Assembly (NCBI GenBank): GCA_049303905.1
Contig: JBAQNP010000020.1
Location: 78,309-142,308, forward strand
Origin: Candidatus Moraniibacteriota bacterium
GTDB taxonomy: Bacteria > Patescibacteriota > Minisyncoccia > Moranbacterales > UBA2206
Length of the DNA: 64,000 bases
Direction: 5' to 3'
In this document: positions 46,415 through 56,006 of the stretch, in pieces
How positions within the stretch are numbered: position 1 is the first letter of the stretch
How the letters are laid out: the number at the start of each line of letters is the position of its first letter
The notes under the pieces: model-generated
What the model saw: the letters and a program-made list of their open reading frames with translations, nothing else
What the model was told of the DNA's origin: nothing
Databases searched by the model: none
Program-made: the position numbers and the translations under genes

Positions 46415-47401
46415 ATGAACAAAATTTTTCCAAAAAAATTGAAAAAGGGGGATTTGGTGCAAGTTATTGCGCCAGCTTCTTCGCTGGGGATTATTTCGCA
46501 GGAAAACAGAAAGATTGCCAATCAACGATTTCAAAAAATGGGTTTGAAATTGATTTTTGGAAAGCACGTGGAGGAAATTGATGAATTTAATTCTTCTAGT
46601 GTCGAATCAAGAATTGAAGATTTACATGAAGCTTTTCGCAATCCCAAAGTCAAAGCTGTTCTTTGCGTGATTGGCGGATTTAGTAGCAATCAGCTTTTGA
46701 AATATATCGATTGGAATTTGATCAAAAAAAATCCTAAGATTTTTTGCGGATATTCGGATATCACAGCACTTGGCAATACTATCTTTGCCAAAACAGGGCT
46801 AGTGAATTATTCCGGTCCGGCTTATGCTACTTTTGGTGACAAGAAAGGTTTTGATTATACATTGGAATATTTTGAAAAATGTTTATTCTCAAAAAAATCT
46901 TTCGAGGTTGTGTCATCTCTAAAGTGGAGTGATGACAAATATTATATCAATCAAAAGGATCGAACTTTTTTCAAAAACGAAGGACCTTTGATTGTTAATG
47001 AAGGCAAAGCAGAAGGCACATTGCTTGGCGGTAATCTCTGCACGCTTAATTTGCTTCAGGGGACTGAGTTTTTTCCTGATATCTCAAATTCAGTTTTGTT
47101 TATCGAAGATGATTATATGTCTAATGCAGTTGAGTTTGATCGGAATCTTCAATCGCTTTTGCATTTGCCAAATTTTGACAAAGTACGAGGAATTGTTTTT
47201 GGGCGTTTTCAAAGAACGAGCGAAATTACCAACGAAAAACTTTTTAAAATTATTAAAACCAAAAAAGAATTAGAAAAAATTCCAATTATCATCAACGCTG
47301 ATTTTGGACACACTCAATCAATGATAACTTTTCCAATCGGCGGAACGGCAAAATTTTCGGCAAAAGATGGGAAAATAAAATTGGAAATTGTAAAACACTA
47401 A
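46415..47401 (+). CDS. S66-family LD-carboxypeptidase (LdcA/MccF-like)
   Basis: Nucleophile motif GYSDITAL, N-terminal GDLVQVIAPAS, C-terminal His/Glu region. Confidence 0.7.
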   Translation: MNKIFPKKLKKGDLVQVIAPASSLGIISQENRKIANQRFQKMGLKLIFGKHVEEIDEFNSSSVESRIEDLHEAFRNPKVKAVLCVIGGFSSNQLLKYIDWNLIKKNPKIFCGYSDITALGNTIFAKTGLVNYSGPAYATFGDKKGFDYTLEYFEKCLFSKKSFEVVSSLKWSDDKYYINQKDRTFFKNEGPLIVNEGKAEGTLLGGNLCTLNLLQGTEFFPDISNSVLFIEDDYMSNAVEFDRNLQSLLHLPNFDKVRGIVFGRFQRTSEITNEKLFKIIKTKKELEKIPIIINADFGHTQSMITFPIGGTAKFSAKDGKIKLEIVKH

Positions 47402-47410
47402 TTTTTTTTT

Positions 47411-48226
47411 ATGAAACCATTATACATTCTAAAAATTGGCGGGAGTGTGGCGACTCATAAGGATCGTCCGGGAATTTCGGTGCAAAGCGAACTCTTGAAA
47501 AAAATTGCGCTTTCGATAAAAAAATCCAAGATTAAAAAGGATTTTAATTTAATTTTGATTCATGGGGCGGGAGCGGCAGGGCATCAGTTAGCGAAAAAAT
47601 ATGATTTAAGAGTCGGCGTGAAGGGAGATGAAAATAAATTTCATGGATCATTGCTCTCTAGCATTGCTAATCAAAAACTAAACAACGCTATATTTGAAAT
47701 TTTTGTTTCAAGTGGACTAAGGATTTTTCCAGCGCATACAGCCTCAACAATTATTCAAAAAAATAACAAGATCAGTTATTGCAATTTGAAAATTATAAAA
47801 GAAGCGCTAAAAAAGGATGGTGTTCCCATTCTCTATGGTGAAATGGTTTTTGATGAAAGGTTGGATATGTCAATTTGTTCCGGAGATGCGATTGCGCCGT
47901 ATTTGGCAAAAAAATTAGGAGCAGAAAAGATTCTTTTTGCTTCGGATATTGATGGCATTTTTGACCAAGATCCGCACATTCATAAAGATGCAAAATTGAT
48001 AGAAAATATCGATTTAAATAAAATTAGAAAGAATAGGAAAATAAAATTAACTAATTCACATAATGTTGATGTGACCGGTGGGCTTTCGGGAAAGATAAAA
48101 AATATTGATTTGAAACACAATATTTCTTTAAGATCGGTGGAAATTTTCAACGGCTTAAAATCTGAAAATTACGAAAAAATTATTCTAGGAAAAAAATTTC
48201 CGCATACTTTTATTAAAATAAAATAA
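47411..48226 (+). CDS. Amino-acid-kinase-family protein (isopentenyl phosphate kinase / FomA-like)
   Basis: N-terminal ILKIGGSVATHKD and an HGAGAAGH glycine-rich loop typical of the AAK superfamily. Confidence 0.55.
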   Translation: MKPLYILKIGGSVATHKDRPGISVQSELLKKIALSIKKSKIKKDFNLILIHGAGAAGHQLAKKYDLRVGVKGDENKFHGSLLSSIANQKLNNAIFEIFVSSGLRIFPAHTASTIIQKNNKISYCNLKIIKEALKKDGVPILYGEMVFDERLDMSICSGDAIAPYLAKKLGAEKILFASDIDGIFDQDPHIHKDAKLIENIDLNKIRKNRKIKLTNSHNVDVTGGLSGKIKNIDLKHNISLRSVEIFNGLKSENYEKIILGKKFPHTFIKIK

Positions 48227-48306
48227 AAAGGCAACTCAATTGTGAGCTGCCGGGTTGTGCCAAATTTTTGGCGGTTAATTGTGTTAGTCCCATGGAGGAA
48301 AATTCT

Positions 48307-48759
48307 CTAGTCGATTTGTGACAAAAAATGATTGAGAATCGGATGGACTTCGATTCTAACTTTCGATTTTTCTGTGGATAGTAACTCCCAAGGTGTTTTC
48401 CAGCCAGCGATTGCAATATCATCATCTTTAGGGATGAAGAGATGACCAGGGTTTCCCAAAAATTTTGCAACTCCGTAGAAAGTCGTGATGTCTTTTCTTT
48501 CGGTGAATAGGTTGAATTTATTGGGTGAAATACCCCAAAAATTTACTTGATTTGGAAGTAGCCCTAACTCCTCCCAAAGCAAGCGTTTAATGGTTCCATC
48601 TGGATTGGCATCCTTATCCTTGAGAGTTTCAAGAGGAAAAGACACCATTCCAGCTTCTTTTTTTATTTCGGGCTTACTTCGCAGTTCCTTGACGGTCAAA
48701 ATGCGACCATCTAAAAAAAGTAAAAGCCCTACTCCGATAGCCCCATGTTTTACTGTCAT
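48307..48759 (-). CDS. Hypothetical protein (150 aa)
   Basis: Convergent with the kinase gene; no recognisable motif. Confidence 0.4.
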   Translation of the reverse strand: MTVKHGAIGVGLLLFLDGRILTVKELRSKPEIKKEAGMVSFPLETLKDKDANPDGTIKRLLWEELGLLPNQVNFWGISPNKFNLFTERKDITTFYGVAKFLGNPGHLFIPKDDDIAIAGWKTPWELLSTEKSKVRIEVHPILNHFLSQID

Positions 48760-48895
48760 TTTTCTCTTGCCTCCTTTGGTTTTATGATGGGTGAAAGGTA
48801 CTATTTATTATATTAAAGGCTAGCACGATAAATGCTTTATGGCAATATAGCTCGACGATTGACGGAAAATTTGAGAGTGGTAAGATATAGAAGCG

Positions 48896-48949
48896 ATGCG
48901 AATCTACGAATGACATGCGAATCTACGAATGACATGCGAATCTACGAAT
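48896..48949. repeat. Tandem repeat (19-bp unit ATGCGAATCTACGAATGAC, ~2.8 copies)
   Basis: Perfect direct tandem copies; contains the TACGAAT motif also seen in the ribosomal-operon spacers. Confidence 0.6.
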
Positions 48950-48974
48950 TTTAAAATTATAAAAATTTAAAAAT

Positions 48975-49235
48975 ATGAGCGAAGAAAAAACATATAAATC
49001 AGGCGAGGTGATGTCAATGCTTGAACAAATAAACGGTGGCATTGAGGTTATCGGTGAACAACATGGTGAAATAGTTAAAAATATCAAATCTATTAATGGC
49101 AGACTTGATAGTATGCAAAACGATATAACTGAAATAAAGCATAAACTTTCGGAAAAAGTTGATCGGGAAGAATTTAATAAATTGGAAAACAGAGTGGTGA
49201 AAATGGAAAAATTAATACTGGCTAAATCGGTTTAA
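48975..49235 (+). CDS. Hypothetical coiled-coil protein (86 aa)
   Basis: Heptad-rich charged sequence. Confidence 0.35.
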   Translation: MSEEKTYKSGEVMSMLEQINGGIEVIGEQHGEIVKNIKSINGRLDSMQNDITEIKHKLSEKVDREEFNKLENRVVKMEKLILAKSV

Positions 49236-49248
49236 AAACAAAAATTAA

Positions 49249-49890
49249 ATGGATAAAAAGAATAAAATATTTTTCATAGTGCTGTTTCTCCTAATCTTTG
49301 GTTCAATTGGCGCGACATATCTACGCATAGTGGTTTTCAAAAACTATACCTTGGAAGCGCAGGCTGATTGCGATCCGGAAATTGAAAAATGTTTTGTTTG
49401 GGAATGTGATCCAAATTCAACCGAGGAAGGTGAAGCTTGCACTGGAGATGAGGAAGAAGATATTTCATATTATCAATTAATCAGAAGAAAAGCCTACAAT
49501 GTTCCACTGTGCAATCCGGATGAAGACGAAAACTTGCCTGCCGATGAGGCAGGATGCGTTCCAATGGAATGTGATCCGGAAACAGAAAAAGGTTGCGAAA
49601 TAGTTTTCTGCGATGAAGAAACTAAGATTGAACAAGAAGTGGAATGTAGTGATCCGGTGGAATATTTGCTAAATAATCCAGCCGAAGAAGAAGAGGGAGA
49701 AGCCGAAGGAGAAATTGAAGAAGCTGAAGAGGAGGAAGTTGAAGGAGAGGCTGAAGGAGAAGAGGGGGAAGAAGTTTCACCCGAAGATGAGGCGGATGCA
49801 TCTGCTAGTGAAGATGAAAAAAATACAATAGATGGAGAAGAAACCGAGAACAAAGATGATGAAACTAAGTCGCAAGAAGCTATAAACTAA
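49249..49890 (+). CDS. Membrane-anchored acidic Cys-rich protein with a poly-Glu tail
   Basis: N-terminal TM helix; repeated C-D/E-P-E motifs (WECDPNS, MECDPETE, FCDEETK); C-terminal EEEEGEAEGEIEEAEEEE tract. Confidence 0.45.
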   Translation: MDKKNKIFFIVLFLLIFGSIGATYLRIVVFKNYTLEAQADCDPEIEKCFVWECDPNSTEEGEACTGDEEEDISYYQLIRRKAYNVPLCNPDEDENLPADEAGCVPMECDPETEKGCEIVFCDEETKIEQEVECSDPVEYLLNNPAEEEEGEAEGEIEEAEEEEVEGEAEGEEGEEVSPEDEADASASEDEKNTIDGEETENKDDETKSQEAIN

Positions 49891-50007
49891 AAAAATGAAA
49901 CAGAAACGAAAAAAGTTAATGCAAATAACTTGCTGTTGTCTCGAAAAAATATGTTCGAGAAATTTTTGTTGTTAGCTAAATAACTTTCAAATATAAACTA
50001 AGCAAAA

Positions 50008-50036
50008 ATTCTCGAGCATGATCGAGATTTTTTTAA
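50008..50036 (+). terminator. Rho-independent terminator
   Basis: TCTCGA-GCATGA-TCGAGA followed by TTTTTTT. Confidence 0.55.
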
Positions 50037-50052
50037 TTTAAAATGATGATTA

Positions 50053-50196
50053 TTTCATGCACTTAAATATATCGAACGCGCTTCGGCGTGAAAGTTTTTT
50101 GGAAAAGCAAAGCCTCGACAGTAAGGCAATCTAATCTATAAAAATAGATTACCAATCGCCTTCGTAAGCTCTCAATATATTTAAGTGTATGAAATC
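50053..50196. repeat. ~145-bp element bounded by 18-20-bp inverted repeats (TCATGCACTTAAATATAT)
   Basis: ATTTCATGCACTTAAATATAT at 50053 and ATATATTTAAGTGTATGAAAT at 50176, with two inner hairpins; just upstream of cysK. Confidence 0.4.
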
Positions 50197-50210
50197 TCAT
50201 TAATAATTCT

Positions 50211-51101
50211 ATGATTTATAAAAACATTCTAGAGCAAATTGGAAATACGCCGATGGTAAGAATTAATAATTTCAATTTAAAAAAAGGCGTGGAAATTTTT
50301 GCCAAATTAGAAGGTGCTAACCCCGGAGGGAGTATCAAAGATCGGATCGCTCTGAAAATGATTCAAGAAGCCAAAAAAAATGGTGAGCTCACAAAAAAGA
50401 AAACCATTATCGAACCAACCTCTGGCAACACCGGCATCGGCTTGGCTATGATTGGAACGGTCTTGGGTTATGCCGTAGAAATTGTGATGAGCTCAGCGGT
50501 TTCCATTGAAAGACGAAAAATGATTGAGGCATATGGTGCCAAGGTAATTTTGACTGATGGAAATTTAGGAACAGACGGCGCAATTTTGGTAGCGCGAGAA
50601 CTGGTCAAAAAAAATCCAAAAAAATATTTTATGCCGGATCAATTTTCTAATAAGAATAATAAGCTGGCGCATTATGAAGCGACCGCCCAGGAGATTTGGC
50701 GGGATATGGAGGGTAAGATAGATTATTTTGTTTCTTCCATTGGAACTTCCGGAACGATTATGGGTGTGAGCGAATATTTGAAAAAGCTAAATCCAAAAAT
50801 AAAAATAGTTTGTGCTTATCCAGAAAAAAATCATTATATTCAAGGACTCAAGAATATGGAAGAGGCGATTGTGCCCAAACTTTATGACAAAAACAAAATA
50901 GATGAATTCGTGACGATAGAAAGTGAGAAAGCTTTTGAAATGACAAGGCAACTAGCTAGGCGTGAAGGGCTTTTTGTGGGAATGTCTAGCGGAGCCACAA
51001 TGCTTGCCACTCTTGAAATTGCCCAAAAAATAGACAAAGGCCGAATCGCGATTATCTTCCCCGATCGAGGCGAAAAATATCTCAGTACGGAATTATTTTG
51101 A
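50211..51101 (+). CDS. cysK: Cysteine synthase / O-acetylserine sulfhydrylase family
   Basis: PLP lysine context GGSIKDR; TSGNTGIGLA glycine loop. Confidence 0.75.
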   Translation: MIYKNILEQIGNTPMVRINNFNLKKGVEIFAKLEGANPGGSIKDRIALKMIQEAKKNGELTKKKTIIEPTSGNTGIGLAMIGTVLGYAVEIVMSSAVSIERRKMIEAYGAKVILTDGNLGTDGAILVARELVKKNPKKYFMPDQFSNKNNKLAHYEATAQEIWRDMEGKIDYFVSSIGTSGTIMGVSEYLKKLNPKIKIVCAYPEKNHYIQGLKNMEEAIVPKLYDKNKIDEFVTIESEKAFEMTRQLARREGLFVGMSSGATMLATLEIAQKIDKGRIAIIFPDRGEKYLSTELF

Positions 51102-51217
51102 TTTTATGGCTAAATTAGGCAACTAAACGAAGTCCCGCCTTCGTTTTTTGCTTTATTTAAGGCAAATATGTTTTGTGCCTTTGACAAAAAGGCTTTTTTG
51201 ATATATAATAATAGGTT

Positions 51218-52309
51218 ATGAAAATAAATACGGGTGACAATAAAAAAGTTTTCTTTTTCTACCTAGTTTTGGTAGATTTTATTATCGCAATGCAAATTGC
51301 GGCGGTTTCTTTTTTGCAGGTAAAATCAATTGATTTCTTTTTTTCTTTTGTCATTTCCTTTTTAGTTTTCTTGGCTTTCTCTGAAATTTTTGAAAGTAGC
51401 AGGAAGATAAAAAGTATCATGCGTCCAGGAATGATCTTTATGATCTTAGGAAGTTTGATTAATTTTTTTCTAAGTGACGCAAGTTTTTTTGCTCTAGGCA
51501 GAGTTATGTCTGGCTTAGGCGCCGGTATGGTAATGGCAAGTCAAATTGGAATGATTTGGCATGATAATTCGGAAAGAATGAAAAACTTTTTTTTGTTTTT
51601 TCTGTTTTCTTTTATCTCTGGTTTGATTTTTAGTCCCGCGCTAGTTAGCTTTCTATCCGGCCCAGCGCTAGGAGAAATGAAAGTGGTTTTTGTTTTAGGC
51701 ATAGCATTGCCCGGCTTGGTGATGGCAGGAAATATGAATGGAATTTTCACGATGGTTTCAAATACGGCGTCGGATGCAACGAAAGCTTTTTTTGATATAA
51801 GTGGAGATGATAATCTCGGTGCTGGTGCAAAAAAAATAGCCGTTACTACGGCAAGAAGAATTGTCTATGTCTTTTTTGATTATTGGTTTTCTATCGCTTG
51901 TGCCGCACTAGTTGGTCTTTTGAATTTTTGGGGATTGTCATTTTGGAAAGTAGTTTTTATCACTTGGGTTTTCGATTTTGCTATTGCTTTTGGTTTTATG
52001 ACTATAAGTGAAAAAAGCGGGCAGGATATAACTTTAGGAGAATCATTTCGCCGAGCAGCTGAAGCTATAAAAGTGAACTCAAAAATAATGGGACATTTCG
52101 CTTTTGCATATTTGAATATTAAGGCGATAATTTGGGATGGCCCAGAACAGGTTGTGATTTTTTTCAAAAAAGAAATCGGCGGAACAAAAAAAATGACCCT
52201 GATTCTTGTTGGCTTAACTTTCATCCAAGGATTTTTTTGGGCTTGGATTTATAGTCTTGGATATGAAAGCGTATCTGAGCTTATTGAAAGAATGTTGCAA
52301 ATAAGCTAA
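51218..52309 (+). CDS. Polytopic membrane protein (~10 TM helices)
   Basis: 363 aa, hydrophobic throughout; no transporter signature recognised. Confidence 0.4.
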   Translation: MKINTGDNKKVFFFYLVLVDFIIAMQIAAVSFLQVKSIDFFFSFVISFLVFLAFSEIFESSRKIKSIMRPGMIFMILGSLINFFLSDASFFALGRVMSGLGAGMVMASQIGMIWHDNSERMKNFFLFFLFSFISGLIFSPALVSFLSGPALGEMKVVFVLGIALPGLVMAGNMNGIFTMVSNTASDATKAFFDISGDDNLGAGAKKIAVTTARRIVYVFFDYWFSIACAALVGLLNFWGLSFWKVVFITWVFDFAIAFGFMTISEKSGQDITLGESFRRAAEAIKVNSKIMGHFAFAYLNIKAIIWDGPEQVVIFFKKEIGGTKKMTLILVGLTFIQGFFWAWIYSLGYESVSELIERMLQIS

Positions 52310-52334
52310 AATAGTTTTAGAATAGCAATAGCGT

Positions 52335-53636
52335 ATGAATATATTATTTATCTCTAAGGACTTATCCGGAGCTGATCTGGCTTATCGGTTGAAAAAGGAA
52401 GGGCATAGCGTCCGTCTTTTTATTGAAGATAAAACCCAAAATCATAACTTCGAGGGTTTGGTGGAAAAAACTAAGGACTGGAAAAATGATCTTGAATGGG
52501 TCGGCAAAAACGGACTAATTGTTTTTGATAGTTCTGGCTATGGAGATATTCAAGATAACCTAAGAAAAAAAGGTTATTTGGTAGTTGGCGGAAACAAGTT
52601 TGCTGATCGATTGGAACATGACAGGCAATATGGACAAAAAATAATTTCAGTATGCGGAATGAAAATTATTCCGTCAATTAATTTTAATTGCGCTAAATCC
52701 GCCATTAAATTTGTGGAAGAAAATGAAGGTCCGTGGGTAGTCAAACAAAATGGCCATATCAATACTAGCTTCAACTATGTCGGACAACTCAAAAATGGCA
52801 AAGATGTTATTTCAGTTTTGAAAAATTATAACAGAAATAATAAGAAGGAATGTGTTTCAATTGATTTGCAAAAGAAAATTGATGGAGTTGAGATTGGTGT
52901 AGCAAGGTATTTTAATGGCAAGGACTGGGTTGGACCGATTGAAATTAATTTGGAGCACAAGAGTCTTTTTAACGGTGATTTAGGACCGAAAACATACGAG
53001 ATGGGAACTTTGCTTTGGTATGAAGAAAATGAAAAAAATAAACTTTTTCAAAAAACTTTAGCAAAAATGAAGCCATATTTGAAGAGTATAAAATTCAAAG
53101 GAGACATTGATATTAATTGTATCGTAACAAAAGATGAAATTTTTCCCTTAGAGATAACCCCACGTTTTGGCTGGCCGTCAACCCATCTTCATGAGGAAAT
53201 TCATCTGTCTCCATGGGGAGAATTTTTAAAAGCAATCGCCGAAGGCAAGCCCTATGATTTGAAATACAAAAAAGGATATGGAATTGTGGTCTTGCTTTCT
53301 ACGCCTCCTTTTCCATATGTAGTCAGAACAAAGAAATATTATCCGGAAGGAATGGATATTTTTTTCAAAAAAGAATTATCCAAAGAAGAAATAGAACGAA
53401 TTCATTTGGAGGAAGTTTCTCTGAGAAAAAACACAAAAGATCAGCTTTATATTTCAAGCAAAACAGGTTTTGCGCTTCATGTTACGGGAATGGGAAAAAC
53501 AGTAGTGGAAGCCAGAAAAAATACTTATGATCTTGTTCGAAATGTTGTCATTCCGAAAATGTTTTATCGAACAGATATTGGATTGAAGTTTGTCGAAAGA
53601 GATCAGAAAAAACTTGAAGAATGGGGATTGATATAG
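52335..53636 (+). CDS. ATP-grasp-like protein, distantly PurD-like
   Basis: 433 aa, the size and domain order of PurD-like ATP-grasp enzymes; similarity is weak. Its last 55 nt are duplicated at 57784-57838. Confidence 0.4.
   Translation: MNILFISKDLSGADLAYRLKKEGHSVRLFIEDKTQNHNFEGLVEKTKDWKNDLEWVGKNGLIVFDSSGYGDIQDNLRKKGYLVVGGNKFADRLEHDRQYGQKIISVCGMKIIPSINFNCAKSAIKFVEENEGPWVVKQNGHINTSFNYVGQLKNGKDVISVLKNYNRNNKKECVSIDLQKKIDGVEIGVARYFNGKDWVGPIEINLEHKSLFNGDLGPKTYEMGTLLWYEENEKNKLFQKTLAKMKPYLKSIKFKGDIDINCIVTKDEIFPLEITPRFGWPSTHLHEEIHLSPWGEFLKAIAEGKPYDLKYKKGYGIVVLLSTPPFPYVVRTKKYYPEGMDIFFKKELSKEEIERIHLEEVSLRKNTKDQLYISSKTGFALHVTGMGKTVVEARKNTYDLVRNVVIPKMFYRTDIGLKFVERDQKKLEEWGLI
53582..53636. repeat. Direct repeat, copy 1 (3' end of the ATP-grasp gene)
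   Basis: ATTGAAGTTTGTCGAAAGAGATCAGAAAAAACTTGAAGAATGGGGATTGATATAG; 51/55 identical to 57784-57838 (all differences A>G). Confidence 0.6.
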
Positions 53637-53698
53637 AAAATATAATAAGCTATGTTTGACTAAAATTGGTGTTTATAACAATCTATAGCTGATTAAAA

Positions 53699-54607
53699 AT
53701 GGAAAAATTAATTCTTGATTTATTAAAAATAGAATCATACTCAGGCAATGAAAAGAAAGTTGCTGATTTTATTATTTCAAAATTAAAAGGATTTGAAATT
53801 GAATGCCAACTTGTAGCAAAAAATCGTTTCAATATAATTGCTAAAAAAGGGAATTCAAAAATTTGGTTATTGGCTCATATGGATACTGTCAAGAGTTGGA
53901 TCGAGCCTAGGATTGAAGGAAATAAGATTTATGGACGAGGAGCGGTTGATAACAAGGGCAATATAGCTTCTGCTATTGAAGTTGGAAAACGACTTGAGAA
54001 TATAAATCTATGTTTTACTGTTGGCGAGGAGTACGATTTCATTGGTGCAAAATCAGCTAGGAAAATTATTAAAAATGATCTGGTTGTGGTTATGGAGCCG
54101 ACTAATTTTGAAATTTATTCTGGTCAAAGAGGAATGATTGAATTTGAGATTTCAACAAAAGGAAAACAAGGTCATAGTGCCTATGCTAATAGTAAAAATA
54201 ATGCAATTCAAAAAATAGCAAATATTATAGTTAGTTTTGAAAGAAAAAAATGGACAGCTTTTAATGTTGGGAAAATTGAAGGTGGTATAGCGGCCAATAT
54301 AGTTGCTCCAGTAGCGAATGCAATTATATCTGTGAGACCTGAAACGACAAGAGAATACAATTCAATTCTTCGGGATATAAAAAATTTCAAAATATTAAAC
54401 AATATTCCTCCTGTTGTAAATCAGAAAATAAAAGGGAAAATAAAAAAAGCATTTACCGAGATGGCTTTCTTTGAAAATAGTATTGTTTTTGGAGCGGGAG
54501 ATTTTAAACAGGCTCATAGTGACAAGGAATATATACTCAGAAAAGATCTCAAATTAGCCCCAGAAAAAATCATCAAGTTGCTTGAAAAAATTTCTAAAAA
54601 TGCTTAG
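53699..54607 (+). CDS. M20-family metallopeptidase (ArgE/DapE-like, short)
   Basis: Metal ligands HMDTV and GRGAVDNKG. Confidence 0.6.
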   Translation: MEKLILDLLKIESYSGNEKKVADFIISKLKGFEIECQLVAKNRFNIIAKKGNSKIWLLAHMDTVKSWIEPRIEGNKIYGRGAVDNKGNIASAIEVGKRLENINLCFTVGEEYDFIGAKSARKIIKNDLVVVMEPTNFEIYSGQRGMIEFEISTKGKQGHSAYANSKNNAIQKIANIIVSFERKKWTAFNVGKIEGGIAANIVAPVANAIISVRPETTREYNSILRDIKNFKILNNIPPVVNQKIKGKIKKAFTEMAFFENSIVFGAGDFKQAHSDKEYILRKDLKLAPEKIIKLLEKISKNA

Positions 54608-54698
54608 GAGTTTTATTTAAAGATAGTTGTGTCGTTGTTGACATTTATGGCAATTGTAGTAATATTAAATTTAGTAATTAAAATATAATTTAGTTAAT

Positions 54699-55994
54699 TT
54701 GATAATGTTTAAAAGTATGAAATCAATAAAAAATACAAAAATTGCTGTTATTGGTATGGGTTACGTTGGGTTGCCTTTGGCGATTGCCTTTGGAAAGAAA
54801 GTTGAAACTATTGGATTTGATATTAATAAAAAAAGAATACAAGAATTGAAAAATTACGAAGATAGGTCGAAAGAAATGAATAAAGATGAGATTAAAAACG
54901 CAAAGAAGCTTTGTTTCTCGGATAATATTTTAGATTTAAAACAATGCAATTTTTTTATCGTTGCAGTTCCTACTCCAGTTGATCAGTTTAAAATACCAGA
55001 TTTTAGCCCCTTGATAAAAGCGAGTGCTTCCATAGCGAAAGTATTGAAAAATGGAGATGTTGTTGTCTATGAATCGACGGTGTATCCAGGAGCAACTGAA
55101 GAAATTTGTGTTCCTGTTTTAGAGAAAGAATCAAAGTTAGTTTATAATAAGGATTTTTTTGTTGGGTATAGTCCAGAAAGAATTAGTCCTGCGGATAATA
55201 ATAACCTACAGGATATTGTAAAAGTTACTTCAGGATCTAATATAGAGATTGGTAAATATGTGGATAGTGTTTATAGGGAGATTATAACAGCGGGAACTTT
55301 TTTAGTTGAGGATATGCGAGTCGCAGAGGCTTGTAAGGTTATTGAAAATACGCAAAGAGACATCAATATAGCATTTATGAATGAAATTTCTATTGCTATG
55401 GAAAAAATGGGAATAGAAACGCGAGATGTCTTGGCGGCCATGAAAACAAAATGGAATGCGCTCTCTTTTGTTCCTGGGCTTGTTGGTGGGCATTGCATTG
55501 GAGTTGATCCTTATTATTTAATTCATAAGGCTTATGAATTTGGATATAGTATGGAAGTTTCAAGAAATGCAAGAATCGTGAACGATGGAATGCCAAAATT
55601 TATTGCTGAAAAAGTGGCAATTAAAATATGCGAGAATAAAATAAATCCAGCAAAGACTAGAGTGCTTATAATGGGAGCTTCGTTTAAGGAAAATTGTGCA
55701 GATATTAGAAATGCCCGTCCATTTGATATTGCAAAAGAGCTAAAGAAATATGGAATGAAAGTTGATTTTTTTGATCCTATTGTTGATGCAGAAGAAGTTA
55801 AAAGGGTGGAAAAAGTTGTTCTTACTAAAAATCCAGCCCTTGGTTATTATGATGTTGTAATTTTAGCGGTGGCGCATAAAAAATTTATAGATATGGGAGT
55901 TAAAAAAATTAGAAATTTTGGTAAAAAAGACAAAAACATTCTTTTCGATATCAAGGCGATTTTCGGAAAAAATGATTCGGATTTAAGATTGTAA
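54699..55994 (+). CDS. Nucleotide-sugar dehydrogenase (UDP-glucose / UDP-ManNAc dehydrogenase family)
   Basis: Rossmann GMGYVGLPLA; catalytic-Cys region GGHCIGVDP. Confidence 0.8.
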   Translation: MIMFKSMKSIKNTKIAVIGMGYVGLPLAIAFGKKVETIGFDINKKRIQELKNYEDRSKEMNKDEIKNAKKLCFSDNILDLKQCNFFIVAVPTPVDQFKIPDFSPLIKASASIAKVLKNGDVVVYESTVYPGATEEICVPVLEKESKLVYNKDFFVGYSPERISPADNNNLQDIVKVTSGSNIEIGKYVDSVYREIITAGTFLVEDMRVAEACKVIENTQRDINIAFMNEISIAMEKMGIETRDVLAAMKTKWNALSFVPGLVGGHCIGVDPYYLIHKAYEFGYSMEVSRNARIVNDGMPKFIAEKVAIKICENKINPAKTRVLIMGASFKENCADIRNARPFDIAKELKKYGMKVDFFDPIVDAEEVKRVEKVVLTKNPALGYYDVVILAVAHKKFIDMGVKKIRNFGKKDKNILFDIKAIFGKNDSDLRL

Positions 55995-56006
55995 TTTTTG
56001 TAATAT

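Noticed and set aside
48896-48949. Possible CRISPR array (direct repeats)
   Set aside because: The 19-bp units abut directly with no spacers, there are only ~2.8 copies, and no cas genes are present in the window. It is a simple tandem repeat.
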